Virus record (IMG/VR): IMGVR_UViG_3300014947_000001
Strand: one strand, 5' to 3'
DNA: 64,000 bases
Source of the DNA: a virus
In this document: piece after piece, positions 1 through 9,900 of the stretch
Position numbering within the stretch: position 1 is the stretch's first letter
Layout of the letters: each line of letters opens with the position of its first letter
The notes under the pieces: generated by a model
Told to the model about the DNA's origin: nothing
The model's input: only the letters and a program-made list of their open reading frames with translations
The model's database searches: none
Position numbers and translations under genes: made by a program

Positions 1-914
1 ATCGAAAAATCCCTTGTGTTGTAAATATCGGTGTGTTTACAGAAGGAACCGACATTCCGTTAATCGAAACTGTCATCATTGCAAGACCGACACAAAGTGA
101 TGCGTTATTCTGTCAGATGGTTGGCAGGGGATTACGTTTGTCGCCGGGAAAAGAAGCTCTGACACTTGTTGACTGTGTGGGTGTCTCGAAAAAAGCCCCA
201 GTAAATGTTGGCGACTTATTTGGTCTTAATATGAAAGTTGTTCCGAAAGAAAAACGTAATCGGCTACAGGGGATTAAGATCACAGAAATGGAAACAAAGA
301 TTGAGACGATTTTAGACGGTCCGGATAGTTGGATCAACACCGAAGTCCGTGTGAAATTGTTTCGTGATGAAAACAATGTTGACCTGCGTGAAATCAATTT
401 TGTTCCAATGGGAAATAACAGTTTAGTCCTTTCTCTTGGGGATGGAAAAGCAATTCGAATCCCTGAAACCGATGCTCTTGGTAAAACTCAGGCAATCTTG
501 GAGAAAAAGGAAGACAATAATGTTGTAAGCCATGCTATCACGATTGCTCAGAAACTTCAAAGTGTTATCGATGATGTTCGCGTCTATTTGCTGATGAACG
601 AAAAAGATAGTAAAGCATTATGGGATATGTCTATCGTTCACGCATGGGGAGACGCAAAAGCAAGTCAGAAACAGATCGATTATGTTAAAGTGTTGGCTCA
701 TGAGCGTATGCAGGATTTATGTGATGTTAATCTGAACGCAATTACCAAACGGCAAGCTTCGGCGCTCATTGATAGATTGTCTGCAATGCCAAGAAAACAG
801 TTTTTGAATTCGGAGTATGGCAGACAAAAACAAACGGCGACAAGACAAACGACGCCGAAAACGCAAAGAAGAACCGTTCCGGATGGATTTAAAGGAACAA
901 CTGGTTGGTATTAG
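1..914 (+). CDS. SF2 helicase C-terminal fragment (5' partial, continues upstream of window)
   Basis: Frame open to window start; motif-V-like VFTEGTDIP and motif VI QMVGRGLRL; ~250-aa C-terminal extension. Confidence 0.6.
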   Translation, partial: RKIPCVVNIGVFTEGTDIPLIETVIIARPTQSDALFCQMVGRGLRLSPGKEALTLVDCVGVSKKAPVNVGDLFGLNMKVVPKEKRNRLQGIKITEMETKIETILDGPDSWINTEVRVKLFRDENNVDLREINFVPMGNNSLVLSLGDGKAIRIPETDALGKTQAILEKKEDNNVVSHAITIAQKLQSVIDDVRVYLLMNEKDSKALWDMSIVHAWGDAKASQKQIDYVKVLAHERMQDLCDVNLNAITKRQASALIDRLSAMPRKQFLNSEYGRQKQTATRQTTPKTQRRTVPDGFKGTTGWY

Positions 915-976
915 GAAACAGAAAGGCTACTTATTTTGTATTGAATAGGTAGTCTTTTGTTACAATTCTTTGCAAT

Positions 977-1010
977 TTCCTGACGAGTTCTCTAAATTTT
1001 GAGCCTTATT
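977..1010 (+). promoter_or_regulatory. Family-1 motif (CTGACGAG-N13-TGAGCCTTATT), putative element-specific promoter
   Basis: ttcctgacgagttctctaaattttgagccttatt; ~30 nt upstream of the 1041 start. Confidence 0.5.
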
Positions 1011-1040
1011 GCATGTAGATGTGAAAAAGGAGAAAACGGT

Positions 1041-1322
1041 ATGAAGAAAATCGCAGTACTTGTAACAATTGTATCAACACTTTTGTTGGTTTTGGTTGGA
1101 TGTAATAAACAATCCGTAAACGCAAACCAGGAAGATCAGTTAGGACAATTTGAAGTTACCCAATATGAATCCGCTCATTATTTAGATATCAATAAGTATA
1201 TCGTGTTTGTGGATAAAGATACAAACGTTATGTATTTGTTTGTCGATGGCGGTGATAATGGTGGTGTGACTTATATGGTAAATCCGGATGGATCTCCAAA
1301 ATTATATACCGACTCGGAATAG
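1041..1322 (+). CDS. small lipoprotein
   Basis: RBS aaaggagaaaacggtATG; signal peptide with lipobox LVGC. Confidence 0.6.
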   Translation: MKKIAVLVTIVSTLLLVLVGCNKQSVNANQEDQLGQFEVTQYESAHYLDINKYIVFVDKDTNVMYLFVDGGDNGGVTYMVNPDGSPKLYTDSE

Positions 1323-1642
1323 GCAGGTTCTGTTGTTATAGGAAAGCGAAGACCGTTAATCGGATTATGTGAGGCTTCTAAATTATACGGAGCCGAAAAT
1401 GTAACGTTTAAGAAGTAGGGCTGGAATTCTCGGTTACTTGTATCCGAGATCACGAGAATTTATTTCGAGTGATTCAACGCCTGTGGAGTACAGATCACTC
1501 ATTACCATTCGTGATTTGGAGAGTTGAATGTTTACATTCAATCTCTACAGATGAAAGCCCGTTTTATTTCCATGTTTTGTATATTTACTCAGTATACATA
1601 AAATACATATTTATACAGTAGAAAGGAAGTGAATCATCCGTT

Positions 1643-2773
1643 ATGAATAAAGCGATCAAATACAGAATTTATCCGACAACTGAACAGAAGATCTTATTTG
1701 CTAAAACCTTTGGCTGTTGTCGGAAGGTCTATAACCTGATGCTTTCTGACAAGATCAGTTCCTACCAGGTATCAAAATCCTTTGGTAAGCAGACTCCTGC
1801 CATGTATAAGGACGAATTTCCTTATCTCAAGGAAGTGGACAGTCTTACGCTTGCCAATGCACAGATATACTTACAGACTGCAATGAAGAACCACTTTGAC
1901 AAGAAACGGAAGAAACGTACCGGATTTCCAAAATTCAAATCTGCAAAACGAAGCCGCAGGTCTTACACAACAAATAACCAGAACGGTACTGTTGCTCTTG
2001 TACAAAACGGGATCCGTCTTCCAAAGACTGGTATTGTAAAAGCGGTGATCCACAGATATCCGGAAGAAGATTGGATCATAAAATCTGCAACAGTCTCTCA
2101 GGACAGTGCGGGAAATTACTACGCTTCAGTACTCTTTGAGTTTGAAAAAGAGATCATTCCTGTCCCTGTCTCAGACAATGTGATCGGTCTGGACTATGCT
2201 TCAGACGGGTTATATAAAGACAACTATGGTAATACCGGTTCGGACCATAAGTTTTTCCGGGAAAGCCAGAAGAAATTAAGAAGAGAACAGAGACGTCTTT
2301 CCCGCATGACCGGGTCTAAAAAGGATGAACCAAAGTCAAACAACTATATGAAACAACAGATTAAGGTCAACAAGATCTACCGTCATGCAGCCAACCAGAG
2401 ACTCGACCATCTGCACAAATTATCTACCGGGATAGCCAACCGGTATGACATTGTCTGTGTGGAAGACCTGGACATGAAATCCATGTCAAATAAGAGTTTC
2501 GGAAACGGAAAAGCGACTATGGATAATGGTTACGGTATGTTTCTCAAAATGCTGGAGTACAAACTGAATGACAGAGGAAAGTATTTCATCAAGGTTGACA
2601 AGTGGTATCCAAGCAGCCAGATCTGCAGTCATTGCGGAAAGCGTCACCCGGAGATGAAGAACCTGCATAATCGTACCATGATCTGTGACTGTGGTTTCGA
2701 ATATGACCGTGACGTAAATGCAGCAATCAATATCAGGAATGAGGGTTTACGGATCTTAAAAGAAGCTGCGTAA
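1643..2773 (+). CDS. tnpB: TnpB (IS605 OrfB) RNA-guided endonuclease
   Basis: N-terminus MNKAIKYRIYPTTEQ; RuvC-I IGLDYASDG, RuvC-II VCVEDLD, zinc finger CSHCG...CDCG, RuvC-III DRDVNAAINI. Confidence 0.9.
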   Translation: MNKAIKYRIYPTTEQKILFAKTFGCCRKVYNLMLSDKISSYQVSKSFGKQTPAMYKDEFPYLKEVDSLTLANAQIYLQTAMKNHFDKKRKKRTGFPKFKSAKRSRRSYTTNNQNGTVALVQNGIRLPKTGIVKAVIHRYPEEDWIIKSATVSQDSAGNYYASVLFEFEKEIIPVPVSDNVIGLDYASDGLYKDNYGNTGSDHKFFRESQKKLRREQRRLSRMTGSKKDEPKSNNYMKQQIKVNKIYRHAANQRLDHLHKLSTGIANRYDIVCVEDLDMKSMSNKSFGNGKATMDNGYGMFLKMLEYKLNDRGKYFIKVDKWYPSSQICSHCGKRHPEMKNLHNRTMICDCGFEYDRDVNAAINIRNEGLRILKEAA

Positions 2774-2950
2774 ACGAGGATATTCTTATCCTTTTCCTCA
2801 TCCTTATCCTAAAATTGTAGGCTGGGAACCAGCCGAACATATACGCTTGTGGACATCATGTAAGACTTTGCAGTACATATTTCTACCGTATTGCAAAGCG
2901 GTGATGGATGAAGCAAGAAGCTCGGTTACTTGTAGCCGAGTAGTTCACAT
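2700..2950 (+). ncRNA. putative omega-RNA (reRNA) from the tnpB 3' end and right end
   Basis: By analogy with IS200/605 TnpB systems; right-end hairpin at 2925-2944; extent not determined. Confidence 0.3.
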
Positions 2951-3080
2951 GGGACGTATACCAAATGGGGAAGTACCAAAACAAAAGAGACACCGTATAG
3001 AGAAGTATTTGCAGCCGTATGTTTTGAAAGCGATATCGTCAATTCGTACGAGAACTAGAATTTAAGGAAGGTGAATTATT

Positions 3081-3284
3081 ATGTATAGATATTTTGTTTC
3101 ATTTACACATATGTCAGACAAACAAAAAGGTTGTGGCAACGTTGTTCTTGAATCCGACCACAAAATCAATGATTTTGACAACCTTGATGATGCCAACAAA
3201 TGGATTAGAGACATGCAGAAATGGATCGAAGATAACGGTAATGTTAAAAACGTTATCATCATGAACTTCCAATTATTGAATTAG
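3081..3284 (+). CDS. hypothetical small protein
   Basis: RBS aaggaaggtgaattattATG. Confidence 0.4.
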   Translation: MYRYFVSFTHMSDKQKGCGNVVLESDHKINDFDNLDDANKWIRDMQKWIEDNGNVKNVIIMNFQLLN

Positions 3285-3304
3285 GATAATTAAGGAGACG
3301 CTTT

Positions 3305-3481
3305 ATGAAAAACAAAGAGGAGCTGGAATCAGTATTAAATGATTTCGATGTGTTGTTGCAGAAAAACGTTGAAACTGAATTATATTGTGACCGTATGACG
3401 TTTGCAGAGCTTCGGGAGTGGCAGAAACAAATCGAAGAAATCAATCAGAGACTCCATAATATCGCAAACAAAATTGGGTAA
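3305..3481 (+). CDS. hypothetical small protein (58 aa, absent from ORF track)
   Basis: RBS taaggagacgctttATG; MKNKEELESVLNDF... Confidence 0.35.
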   Translation: MKNKEELESVLNDFDVLLQKNVETELYCDRMTFAELREWQKQIEEINQRLHNIANKIG

Positions 3482-3501
3482 CAAATGAAAGGGTAAACAG
3501 T

Positions 3502-4089
3502 ATGAGTAATTATCTGATTTGTTGGGAAGAAAATAATATTAAGCAATGGGATATGGTGAAAGAAGACGATCATCAGAGTTTTCTCATGAACCTGCTACTT
3601 AATGAAAAAGTAAACCAGTCTTCGATTTTTGTAATTCCGACAACCGGTATTTCTGGTATATGGTTAGATTCAAGCAGTCATAAATCTAATCGTGTTGATT
3701 TTTGGAATTTCTTTGAAGACTACGGACTCACATATACAAAACCGGTTCCGAAGAAAGAAGCAGAAGCTCCGTTGCGAGAAATTCAGGAACGACATAGTGA
3801 TAACACGAAATATGGGTTTGTCTCTCCGGAAGGAAAATACTTTCATTGTGGATACCAAGGTCATGCCGCCTTGGCAGACCGTATTTGTTTTGGAATGGTA
3901 GAAACCAACAATGCAGAACATTATTTGGAAACACATGGCTGGTGCAAGATATACAAACCGTTGTCATACAATACATACAGTGTCTACATGGACGGAAAAT
4001 CCATATTAACAGAAGCTCAGTTAAAAACGCTTTTCGAACTCGGTCTTGAGAATGCGAAAGATCTCAAAGATATGATTCAAAAAGATTGA
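3502..4089 (+). CDS. hypothetical protein
   Basis: RBS gaaagggtaaacagtATG; 195 aa. Confidence 0.5.
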   Translation: MSNYLICWEENNIKQWDMVKEDDHQSFLMNLLLNEKVNQSSIFVIPTTGISGIWLDSSSHKSNRVDFWNFFEDYGLTYTKPVPKKEAEAPLREIQERHSDNTKYGFVSPEGKYFHCGYQGHAALADRICFGMVETNNAEHYLETHGWCKIYKPLSYNTYSVYMDGKSILTEAQLKTLFELGLENAKDLKDMIQKD

Positions 4090-4092
4090 GCA

Positions 4093-4126
4093 TTCCTGAC
4101 GAGAAATTCATATTTTGAGCCTTATT
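4093..4126 (+). promoter_or_regulatory. Family-1 motif
   Basis: ttcctgacgagaaattcatattttgagccttatt; ~40 nt upstream of the 4163 start. Confidence 0.5.
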
Positions 4127-4162
4127 ATGTATAACAAGTGAAGAAGAAGAGAGGTATATGAT

Positions 4163-4456
4163 ATGTCAGTGACGCATGATATTATCGATGTTCGTAGTAT
4201 AGAGCTATTGTGCAAAATCAAACAACAAGGACTGGAGGTATGTGGTATGAACTTATTAGAACACAAAATCATTGAAATCCATAGTGTGAAAGATGTAACA
4301 AGTGCATTTGTAGAACATTGCGGTTACAAACCAGACGAACCATTATTAACAGTTAACCTTACTTTTGACTGCTACGGTCTTCGCGAAACAAAGGATGTTA
4401 CTTTTTGGCAGTCAACTTTTGAAAAAGTAAAAGAAGCAGGTTATTATATGGCGTAG
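4163..4456 (+). CDS. hypothetical protein
   Basis: RBS agagaggtatatgatATG. Confidence 0.45.
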   Translation: MSVTHDIIDVRSIELLCKIKQQGLEVCGMNLLEHKIIEIHSVKDVTSAFVEHCGYKPDEPLLTVNLTFDCYGLRETKDVTFWQSTFEKVKEAGYYMA

Positions 4457-4473
4457 CCGGAAAGGAAATTATT

Positions 4474-4818
4474 ATGAACAAAGAGACAAAAGCGATCGAA
4501 CAGCTTAGAAGAATTAGCAGGAATCTTGAAAATATAGGAGAAACCGAAGATTATACAGATATTGCAATCGAAGCTATTCAGAAAAACAAAGAATACCAGG
4601 AGCTCGAATCCCGTCTACAGAATATCTTTGGTGGCGAAGTTCCATTATCTATGATCGTAGACGAACTGGAGCTCAAATTGAAAGAACCGGACAATCCACA
4701 TCCGATCAACGCAAAGATTCTTACATATGAGGATACCGCAGAATGGGAAAGATATAAAGAAATCGGTACGGCAGACGAATGCGAAGCGGCTGTGAAGTTT
4801 ATGAAGCAAAATGCTTGA
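4474..4818 (+). CDS. hypothetical protein
   Basis: RBS ggaaaggaaattattATG. Confidence 0.5.
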   Translation: MNKETKAIEQLRRISRNLENIGETEDYTDIAIEAIQKNKEYQELESRLQNIFGGEVPLSMIVDELELKLKEPDNPHPINAKILTYEDTAEWERYKEIGTADECEAAVKFMKQNA

Positions 4819-4982
4819 TAAATATTGACGGATTTCGTTTCTTGTGTAAAATATAAGTATAAGACTAGGTCAGGAAGCATACGGTGCTCTGGCCATTTCT
4901 TTTTGTTTCGGAAACGGTATGTCATAGGAACAAGAGAATGGGATCAAAATTAATTGTAAATTTTCTGTTCCTTTCTGTGCGT

Positions 4983-5016
4983 TTCCTGACGAGGTTTCTG
5001 AAAAGTGAGCCTTATT
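4983..5016 (+). promoter_or_regulatory. Family-1 motif
   Basis: ttcctgacgaggtttctgaaaagtgagccttatt; no ORF in the next 120 nt (possible small RNA or peptide). Confidence 0.45.
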
Positions 5017-5137
5017 AAAGATGTAACAAACAGAGGAAACAGAAAAATTAAAACAATTTCAAGATTCTTAAAACCTGATTCCAATTTCAGTTGTCTAATA
5101 ATTGTAACAAGAAAAAAAGAAACATAAATGCGTGAAT

Positions 5138-5170
5138 ATCTGACGAGGTTTCCAAAAAGTGAGCCTTATT
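5138..5170 (+). promoter_or_regulatory. Family-1 motif
   Basis: atctgacgaggtttccaaaaagtgagccttatt; ~50 nt upstream of the 5220 start. Confidence 0.5.
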
Positions 5171-5219
5171 AGATATATAACGTAAACGAAAATGATTCAT
5201 TTACAGGAGGAAACGAAAA

Positions 5220-6767
5220 ATGAAAAAACGAATACTGGCTTTAGCATTGGTGTTAACCATGTGTGTTGGAGCCGCAACAACCACAACTGCAAGTGCAGCA
5301 ACGAAATCAAGTAGAATGACTGTAACTCAGTTTGCGAAAACAGAACAGCCATCTGCTTACAAAGTAAAAATCACAAAGTCAGACAGAGCAATGCTTAAGA
5401 AGTTATTCAATGCAAAAGAATATGCAGCAATGTATCCGGATGTATACAAAGCTTATGGAAACAACGAAAAGAAACTCTGGCAGCATTTTATCACATTTGG
5501 TATCTATGAGGGACGTTCTATTAATGAAAACCTTAATATTATGGCTTACAGTTCTGCATACCCGGATCTTAGAATGGCATATGGAAACGATCTGATGAAG
5601 TATTATAAACATTATGCTACATACGGATATAAGGAAGATCGAAATGTCAAAACATTGAAAGATGCCGCAAACGCAGGTATCAAAGTGATCGGCATGGATG
5701 GTAATTACATTGAGACACCAGCAGTAAGCGATCCTGGTAAAGATACAACTTCCACTGGAAATACAAACCAGACAACTCCTAATACGGGTAACACAAATAC
5801 ATCCTCTGGTTCTGCAAATACAAGCAATTCCGGAAATACAAACGGATCAGTAAACAATAATACTGGTAATACAAGCAACGCAGGCAATACAAACGGCGGC
5901 ACAAAAAATGATTCAAATAATTCTGGAAATACAACTTCGACGCCAAATGAGACGCCTGCAAAACCGGATAAACCATCAACACCGGATAAACCGTCAACAC
6001 CGGACACACCATCCGTAACAGAATGCGATCACGGTGATTTTACATACGAGAAATCTAGTGTATCTGGTAAGCATTATAAAGTATGCGGAAAATGTCACGA
6101 AAAGATCGAAGAATCCTGCGTTGACGGATATATTCAGCTCGGCGATGATAGACATGTACATGGTTGCTATTTATGTGGTGACTACGGCAACAATGAAATA
6201 AGTCAGTGTTGGTCTATGAGATATGGCGAAAAAGATGGTTTCCATACAGCATACTGTTTATGTGGACGAGCAATGAGCGCACCTGAGAAATGCGACTACG
6301 AATTACGTTGGCTGACAGGCAATATCCACGGAGAAATCTGTAAAGTATGTGGCGAGGTTTCAAACGTCAAAGAGTGTACACCTACTTATGTTTATAATAG
6401 TGAAGATACTCAGAATATCAGCCACAATGTTGTATGCGCAGACTGCGGTCATATTTTTGAAACAGAAGCTTGTACACTGAAAGTCATTCCATCTTCTGAT
6501 GGTACTCATAAAACAGTATGTACAGTATGTGGTCACGAAGAACCAGAAGAAGCTTGCGAATATGAATGCACGTTCGACGAAATCGACAATTCCACAGGTG
6601 TAAACAAGTATTATCATGTACAGAAATGCAAGATCTGCGGTGCTGAGAAAGATCGTGAAGAATGTACTTATGTTCCTGTAGACGGAGATTCCAGTAAAGA
6701 GAAATGTACTGGATGTGGAAACGTAAGAACAGTTGCACAGAATACTATCCCAGAAGACGATAAATAG
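5220..6767 (+). CDS. secreted Cys-rich repeat protein
   Basis: Signal peptide; duplicated ~45-aa N-terminal motif; G/N/T/S low-complexity region; PDKPSTPDKPSTPDTPS linker; many CxxCG pairs. Confidence 0.7.
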   Translation: MKKRILALALVLTMCVGAATTTTASAATKSSRMTVTQFAKTEQPSAYKVKITKSDRAMLKKLFNAKEYAAMYPDVYKAYGNNEKKLWQHFITFGIYEGRSINENLNIMAYSSAYPDLRMAYGNDLMKYYKHYATYGYKEDRNVKTLKDAANAGIKVIGMDGNYIETPAVSDPGKDTTSTGNTNQTTPNTGNTNTSSGSANTSNSGNTNGSVNNNTGNTSNAGNTNGGTKNDSNNSGNTTSTPNETPAKPDKPSTPDKPSTPDTPSVTECDHGDFTYEKSSVSGKHYKVCGKCHEKIEESCVDGYIQLGDDRHVHGCYLCGDYGNNEISQCWSMRYGEKDGFHTAYCLCGRAMSAPEKCDYELRWLTGNIHGEICKVCGEVSNVKECTPTYVYNSEDTQNISHNVVCADCGHIFETEACTLKVIPSSDGTHKTVCTVCGHEEPEEACEYECTFDEIDNSTGVNKYYHVQKCKICGAEKDREECTYVPVDGDSSKEKCTGCGNVRTVAQNTIPEDDK

Positions 6768-6782
6768 AATACAAAACAACGA

Positions 6783-6820
6783 AGCCTGTGAGTAAAATCA
6801 TGGGCTTTTGTTTTGTTAAC
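6783..6820 (+). terminator. rho-independent terminator
   Basis: aagcctgtga-gtaaaa-tcatgggctt hairpin followed by ttgttttg. Confidence 0.5.
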
Positions 6821-6832
6821 GAAATTATTGAA

Positions 6833-6866
6833 TTCCTGACGAGGTTTCCGAAAAATGAGCCTTATT
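6833..6866 (+). promoter_or_regulatory. Family-1 motif
   Basis: ttcctgacgaggtttccgaaaaatgagccttatt. Confidence 0.5.
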
Positions 6867-6895
6867 GTAAATAGAAAACACAACGAGGTGACATG

Positions 6896-7181
6896 TATGA
6901 GTAATAATAAGATGGATTTCTTAGAGGCCGTATTAATTGTAAAAACAAATCTTTCCATGGATGCCATTGATAAAGCTTTTGAACCCGATATTGCTACCGC
7001 ACTCAAAACAATTGTATCCGAACTGGATGACGAGATGAATAAAGCAAGACAAAGTGGATATACACGCGGATACATTGCAGCTGAGTGCGAAAAAGATAAA
7101 GTTATCGAAAAGTTGGTAAACACTTTGGAAAGTCAGAAAATGCTTGAAGATATCGAACCGGAGGATTTGGATCGTGAGTAA
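6896..7181 (+). CDS. hypothetical protein
   Basis: RBS aacgaggtgacatgtATG; start re-assigned (the ORF-track start lies inside the motif). Confidence 0.45.
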
Positions 7182-7764
7182 TTTTGATACATTTTTGACA
7201 CGACTGCGTTGGGATTCAACGTACGAGAATTTTACAGATATGACGTCATTTCGGACTGACAGTATTGTTTATGAATTCAAAACGCCATTGTCGAAAAAAG
7301 ACCAAAATGCTTTTATTGATTTTCTTGGGGATTCAAAACATTTGAAGACAATTATGCCGGATGACTTCTGTAACTTCTTTTTGAATCATCGGATCGAGTT
7401 TGAAATTAAGTTTCAGTATGATTTCAATCTGCCTTTCAAACAGAATTATCGGTATCTTAAGACGATTCGTATTCTAAGAAAGTCACTAAAAAGAATGGAA
7501 CCAAACAGATGGCATACGATTTATGCAGTTAATCAGAATTATCCAACTAAGGACTGCTATTGTTGTGTGCAGACAGAAGAGGACTATAAGAATCGGCTCA
7601 TGTCGTTAGCATTCTTTCATGAAAAAGAGCATTGTTTTGTTCCTTTGGTCCCTTCAGAAGAGGACATGATAGACGATATTAAATATTGGCGAATGTATAA
7701 CAATCCAAAACCGTTAATATATTGCAGTTCAAAGCCGTTTTCTGACGAGGTTTCCGAGAAGTGA
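7174..7764 (+). CDS. hypothetical protein
   Basis: GTG start with RBS ggaggatttggatcGTG; overlaps the upstream gene. Confidence 0.4.
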   Translation: MSNFDTFLTRLRWDSTYENFTDMTSFRTDSIVYEFKTPLSKKDQNAFIDFLGDSKHLKTIMPDDFCNFFLNHRIEFEIKFQYDFNLPFKQNYRYLKTIRILRKSLKRMEPNRWHTIYAVNQNYPTKDCYCCVQTEEDYKNRLMSLAFFHEKEHCFVPLVPSEEDMIDDIKYWRMYNNPKPLIYCSSKPFSDEVSEK

Positions 7765-7772
7765 GCCTTATT
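7738..7772 (+). promoter_or_regulatory. Family-1 motif
   Basis: ttttctgacgaggtttccgagaagtgagccttatt; ~50 nt upstream of the 7820 start. Confidence 0.5.
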
Positions 7773-7819
7773 ATAGACAAGACGTAGGAAACTATTAATA
7801 GAAAACGGAGGAACTACTA

Positions 7820-8257
7820 ATGTTTAAAACAATCCATTTTGACAAAGAAGACGATTTATTTGTTATACCAACAATCGTAATCAGTAAAATAGATACAAAA
7901 TATGTAAAAGCAACCAATATACATATTGCATGGCTTCGGTATTCTTTGGTATTCATTTGCAAGAAAGCAGCAGCAACACCTAAGAAACAAGAGAAAGATG
8001 GAGAAGCTAACAAACCAGTCGGTGGATATGACAGCGTAACCAAAAAGGAGAAGATTGCATTTGTATTGTCTTGTTTCGGTTTCATAATGTCAATCATAGC
8101 GTTATGCTTTGGTTGTGTTCAACATTGGGGCTTTTATGTGATGACCGCATTTGGAGCAATTGCTGGTTGTTGTGCTTTGTTTTTGCTTGTATTTTCATTT
8201 GCAATCGAAGGGGAAGAAACATTAAATTCCATTACAAAGAAAGAAAAGGAGAAGTAA
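7820..8257 (+). CDS. membrane protein
   Basis: RBS aaacggaggaactactaATG; two C-terminal transmembrane segments. Confidence 0.5.
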   Translation: MFKTIHFDKEDDLFVIPTIVISKIDTKYVKATNIHIAWLRYSLVFICKKAAATPKKQEKDGEANKPVGGYDSVTKKEKIAFVLSCFGFIMSIIALCFGCVQHWGFYVMTAFGAIAGCCALFLLVFSFAIEGEETLNSITKKEKEK

Positions 8258-8489
8258 AACGTTATGAACAAAAGAGTAACCCATAAAATCAGAATTGTAG
8301 TGTTGGTACATTCAGTCACAGCTTGGAGATCCGATTTGTGCTTATTCCGGCGATAGTGTATATTATGAAGTGTGCTCTGCTCTGCCGAAAACTACAAAGT
8401 TATCCATTGATGGAAAAGCGTTGTATATACATAGAGCTAATTTCCAGATCATCGATACATCATTATTGGACTAAATGAGGATTAAAAAT

Positions 8490-9113
8490 ATGAGTAATAT
8501 TATTAGTTTTGAGGACAAGAAGGAAGACAAAGAACTCATTGAGTTGTTAGAACAGTTCGAAAAACATATGCCAACCAAAGAAGAATTAGAAGCAAGAATC
8601 AACAGTATTAAAGATCTGTATGATTTTCATTATGATATTGACGATCCAGATTATTTAGATCGAACGCAGGAAGTGACAAAACGATCATTTTCTGAGCTCG
8701 TAGATGCATTTCATAACTATAATCCGGATTCCGAGTTTTCAAAGAAGCAGTATCTGAAAAGATTACGTAATTTTGATACATGCCGTGTTTTCCTTTCTGA
8801 CTATTTGGGAGCTAATTTCGAGATATCCGATGAACCGATTACAGAATTGGATGATCTGATAACAGACCAGTACTTGCACGCTATTGATGATAACAGAAAA
8901 CAGAGATCTGCAGAGGAATTCACAGCAGATATTGAATCGTATATCCCTACCGTATATCGTGCTTATGAAATTATATTCGATATGTTAAAGAGCAAAGACA
9001 GCAGATGTCGCAGTTTGGATATGTATACGCTGATGCTTTCAAATCTTGAATACTATCCGTTTCTTGATTACAAATTGGCATGCGAAAGAAACAGAGAAGA
9101 CCAGAGCAAATAG
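8490..9113 (+). CDS. hypothetical protein, tandem paralog 1
   Basis: MSNIISFEDKK...; paralog of 9265-9879 (same N- and C-termini, ...NREDQSK). Confidence 0.55.
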   Translation: MSNIISFEDKKEDKELIELLEQFEKHMPTKEELEARINSIKDLYDFHYDIDDPDYLDRTQEVTKRSFSELVDAFHNYNPDSEFSKKQYLKRLRNFDTCRVFLSDYLGANFEISDEPITELDDLITDQYLHAIDDNRKQRSAEEFTADIESYIPTVYRAYEIIFDMLKSKDSRCRSLDMYTLMLSNLEYYPFLDYKLACERNREDQSK

Positions 9114-9147
9114 GCCCTAGTCTTTTTCTTATTGTTCTGATACAAAA

Positions 9148-9179
9148 ACTGACGAGGTTTCCCAAAAGTGAGCCTTATT
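9148..9179 (+). promoter_or_regulatory. Family-1 motif
   Basis: actgacgaggtttcccaaaagtgagccttatt. Confidence 0.5.
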
Positions 9180-9264
9180 GTTAGTGTATAAATTCTGGTA
9201 AAATATTGGTATACTAGATACACAGTACAGAAAAGAATAGGAAACAAAGATATGATTTAAAAAT

Positions 9265-9879
9265 ATGAGTAACATTATTGATTTCGAGGATGAGAAGATT
9301 AACAGAGATTTAATAGACTCATTGACAAAAATTGAGCCGTATCTGCCAACACAAGAAGAAATCGAAAAAGATCTTCAAGAGATTAAGGATAAATATGATT
9401 TTCATTATACTGTAAACGATCCTTCGTATCTGACAAAAGTTCACGAAGTTTTAAATCAGACATTTTCTGAATTAGTAGAGGTTTTCAAAAGCTTTGATTC
9501 TAATTCTGAATTTTCAAGAAAACAATATCTTAAGAAACTGAAAGCATTCGATACTTCTCGAATTCTGTTGGATGAATATATTTCATCACGTTATGAAATT
9601 GCGGATGATCCAGTTCCGGAGCTCGATAAATGTCTTGAAATTGTAAACGATAATTATGTGGAACGTACAGAATCAGAATTGAAAGCTGATATCGAAAGAT
9701 ATATTCCAATGGTTGACAAAATGTATGATATCGTATTTGATATGCTTCAAAACAACGACAGTAGATGTAGCAGTCTCGATATGTATATGATCATGATGTC
9801 AGGACTTTGTTTTCATCCGTTTAATGCTTATCGGAGTGCATATACAAGAACGAAAAACAGAGAAGACCAGAGCGTATAA
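9265..9879 (+). CDS. hypothetical protein, tandem paralog 2
   Basis: MSNIIDFEDEK...NREDQSV. Confidence 0.55.
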   Translation: MSNIIDFEDEKINRDLIDSLTKIEPYLPTQEEIEKDLQEIKDKYDFHYTVNDPSYLTKVHEVLNQTFSELVEVFKSFDSNSEFSRKQYLKKLKAFDTSRILLDEYISSRYEIADDPVPELDKCLEIVNDNYVERTESELKADIERYIPMVDKMYDIVFDMLQNNDSRCSSLDMYMIMMSGLCFHPFNAYRSAYTRTKNREDQSV

Positions 9880-9900
9880 GCCCCGGTCTTTTCTTTTGTT

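Larger units (their letters stand above)
1425..2950 (+). mobile_element. IS200/IS605-family (IS1341-like, tnpB-only) insertion sequence
   Basis: Near-identical subterminal hairpins ctcggttacttgtatccgag (1432-1451) and ctcggttacttgtagccgag (2925-2944) flank tnpB; ~1.5 kb; no tnpA. Confidence 0.5.

Noticed and set aside
977-1010. Family-1 motif as a hammerhead ribozyme (CUGACGAG...GAAA resembles the CUGAUGAG-stem II-GAAA core)
   Set aside because: The central segment, which would have to form stem II plus GAAA, is not conserved (e.g. ttctctaaatttt, aaaccaatttcc); no consistent stems I/III or cleavage-site context across copies
2847-3065. 72-aa ORF downstream of tnpB
   Set aside because: It lies inside the IS right end / predicted omega-RNA region, overlaps the subterminal hairpin, and has no RBS
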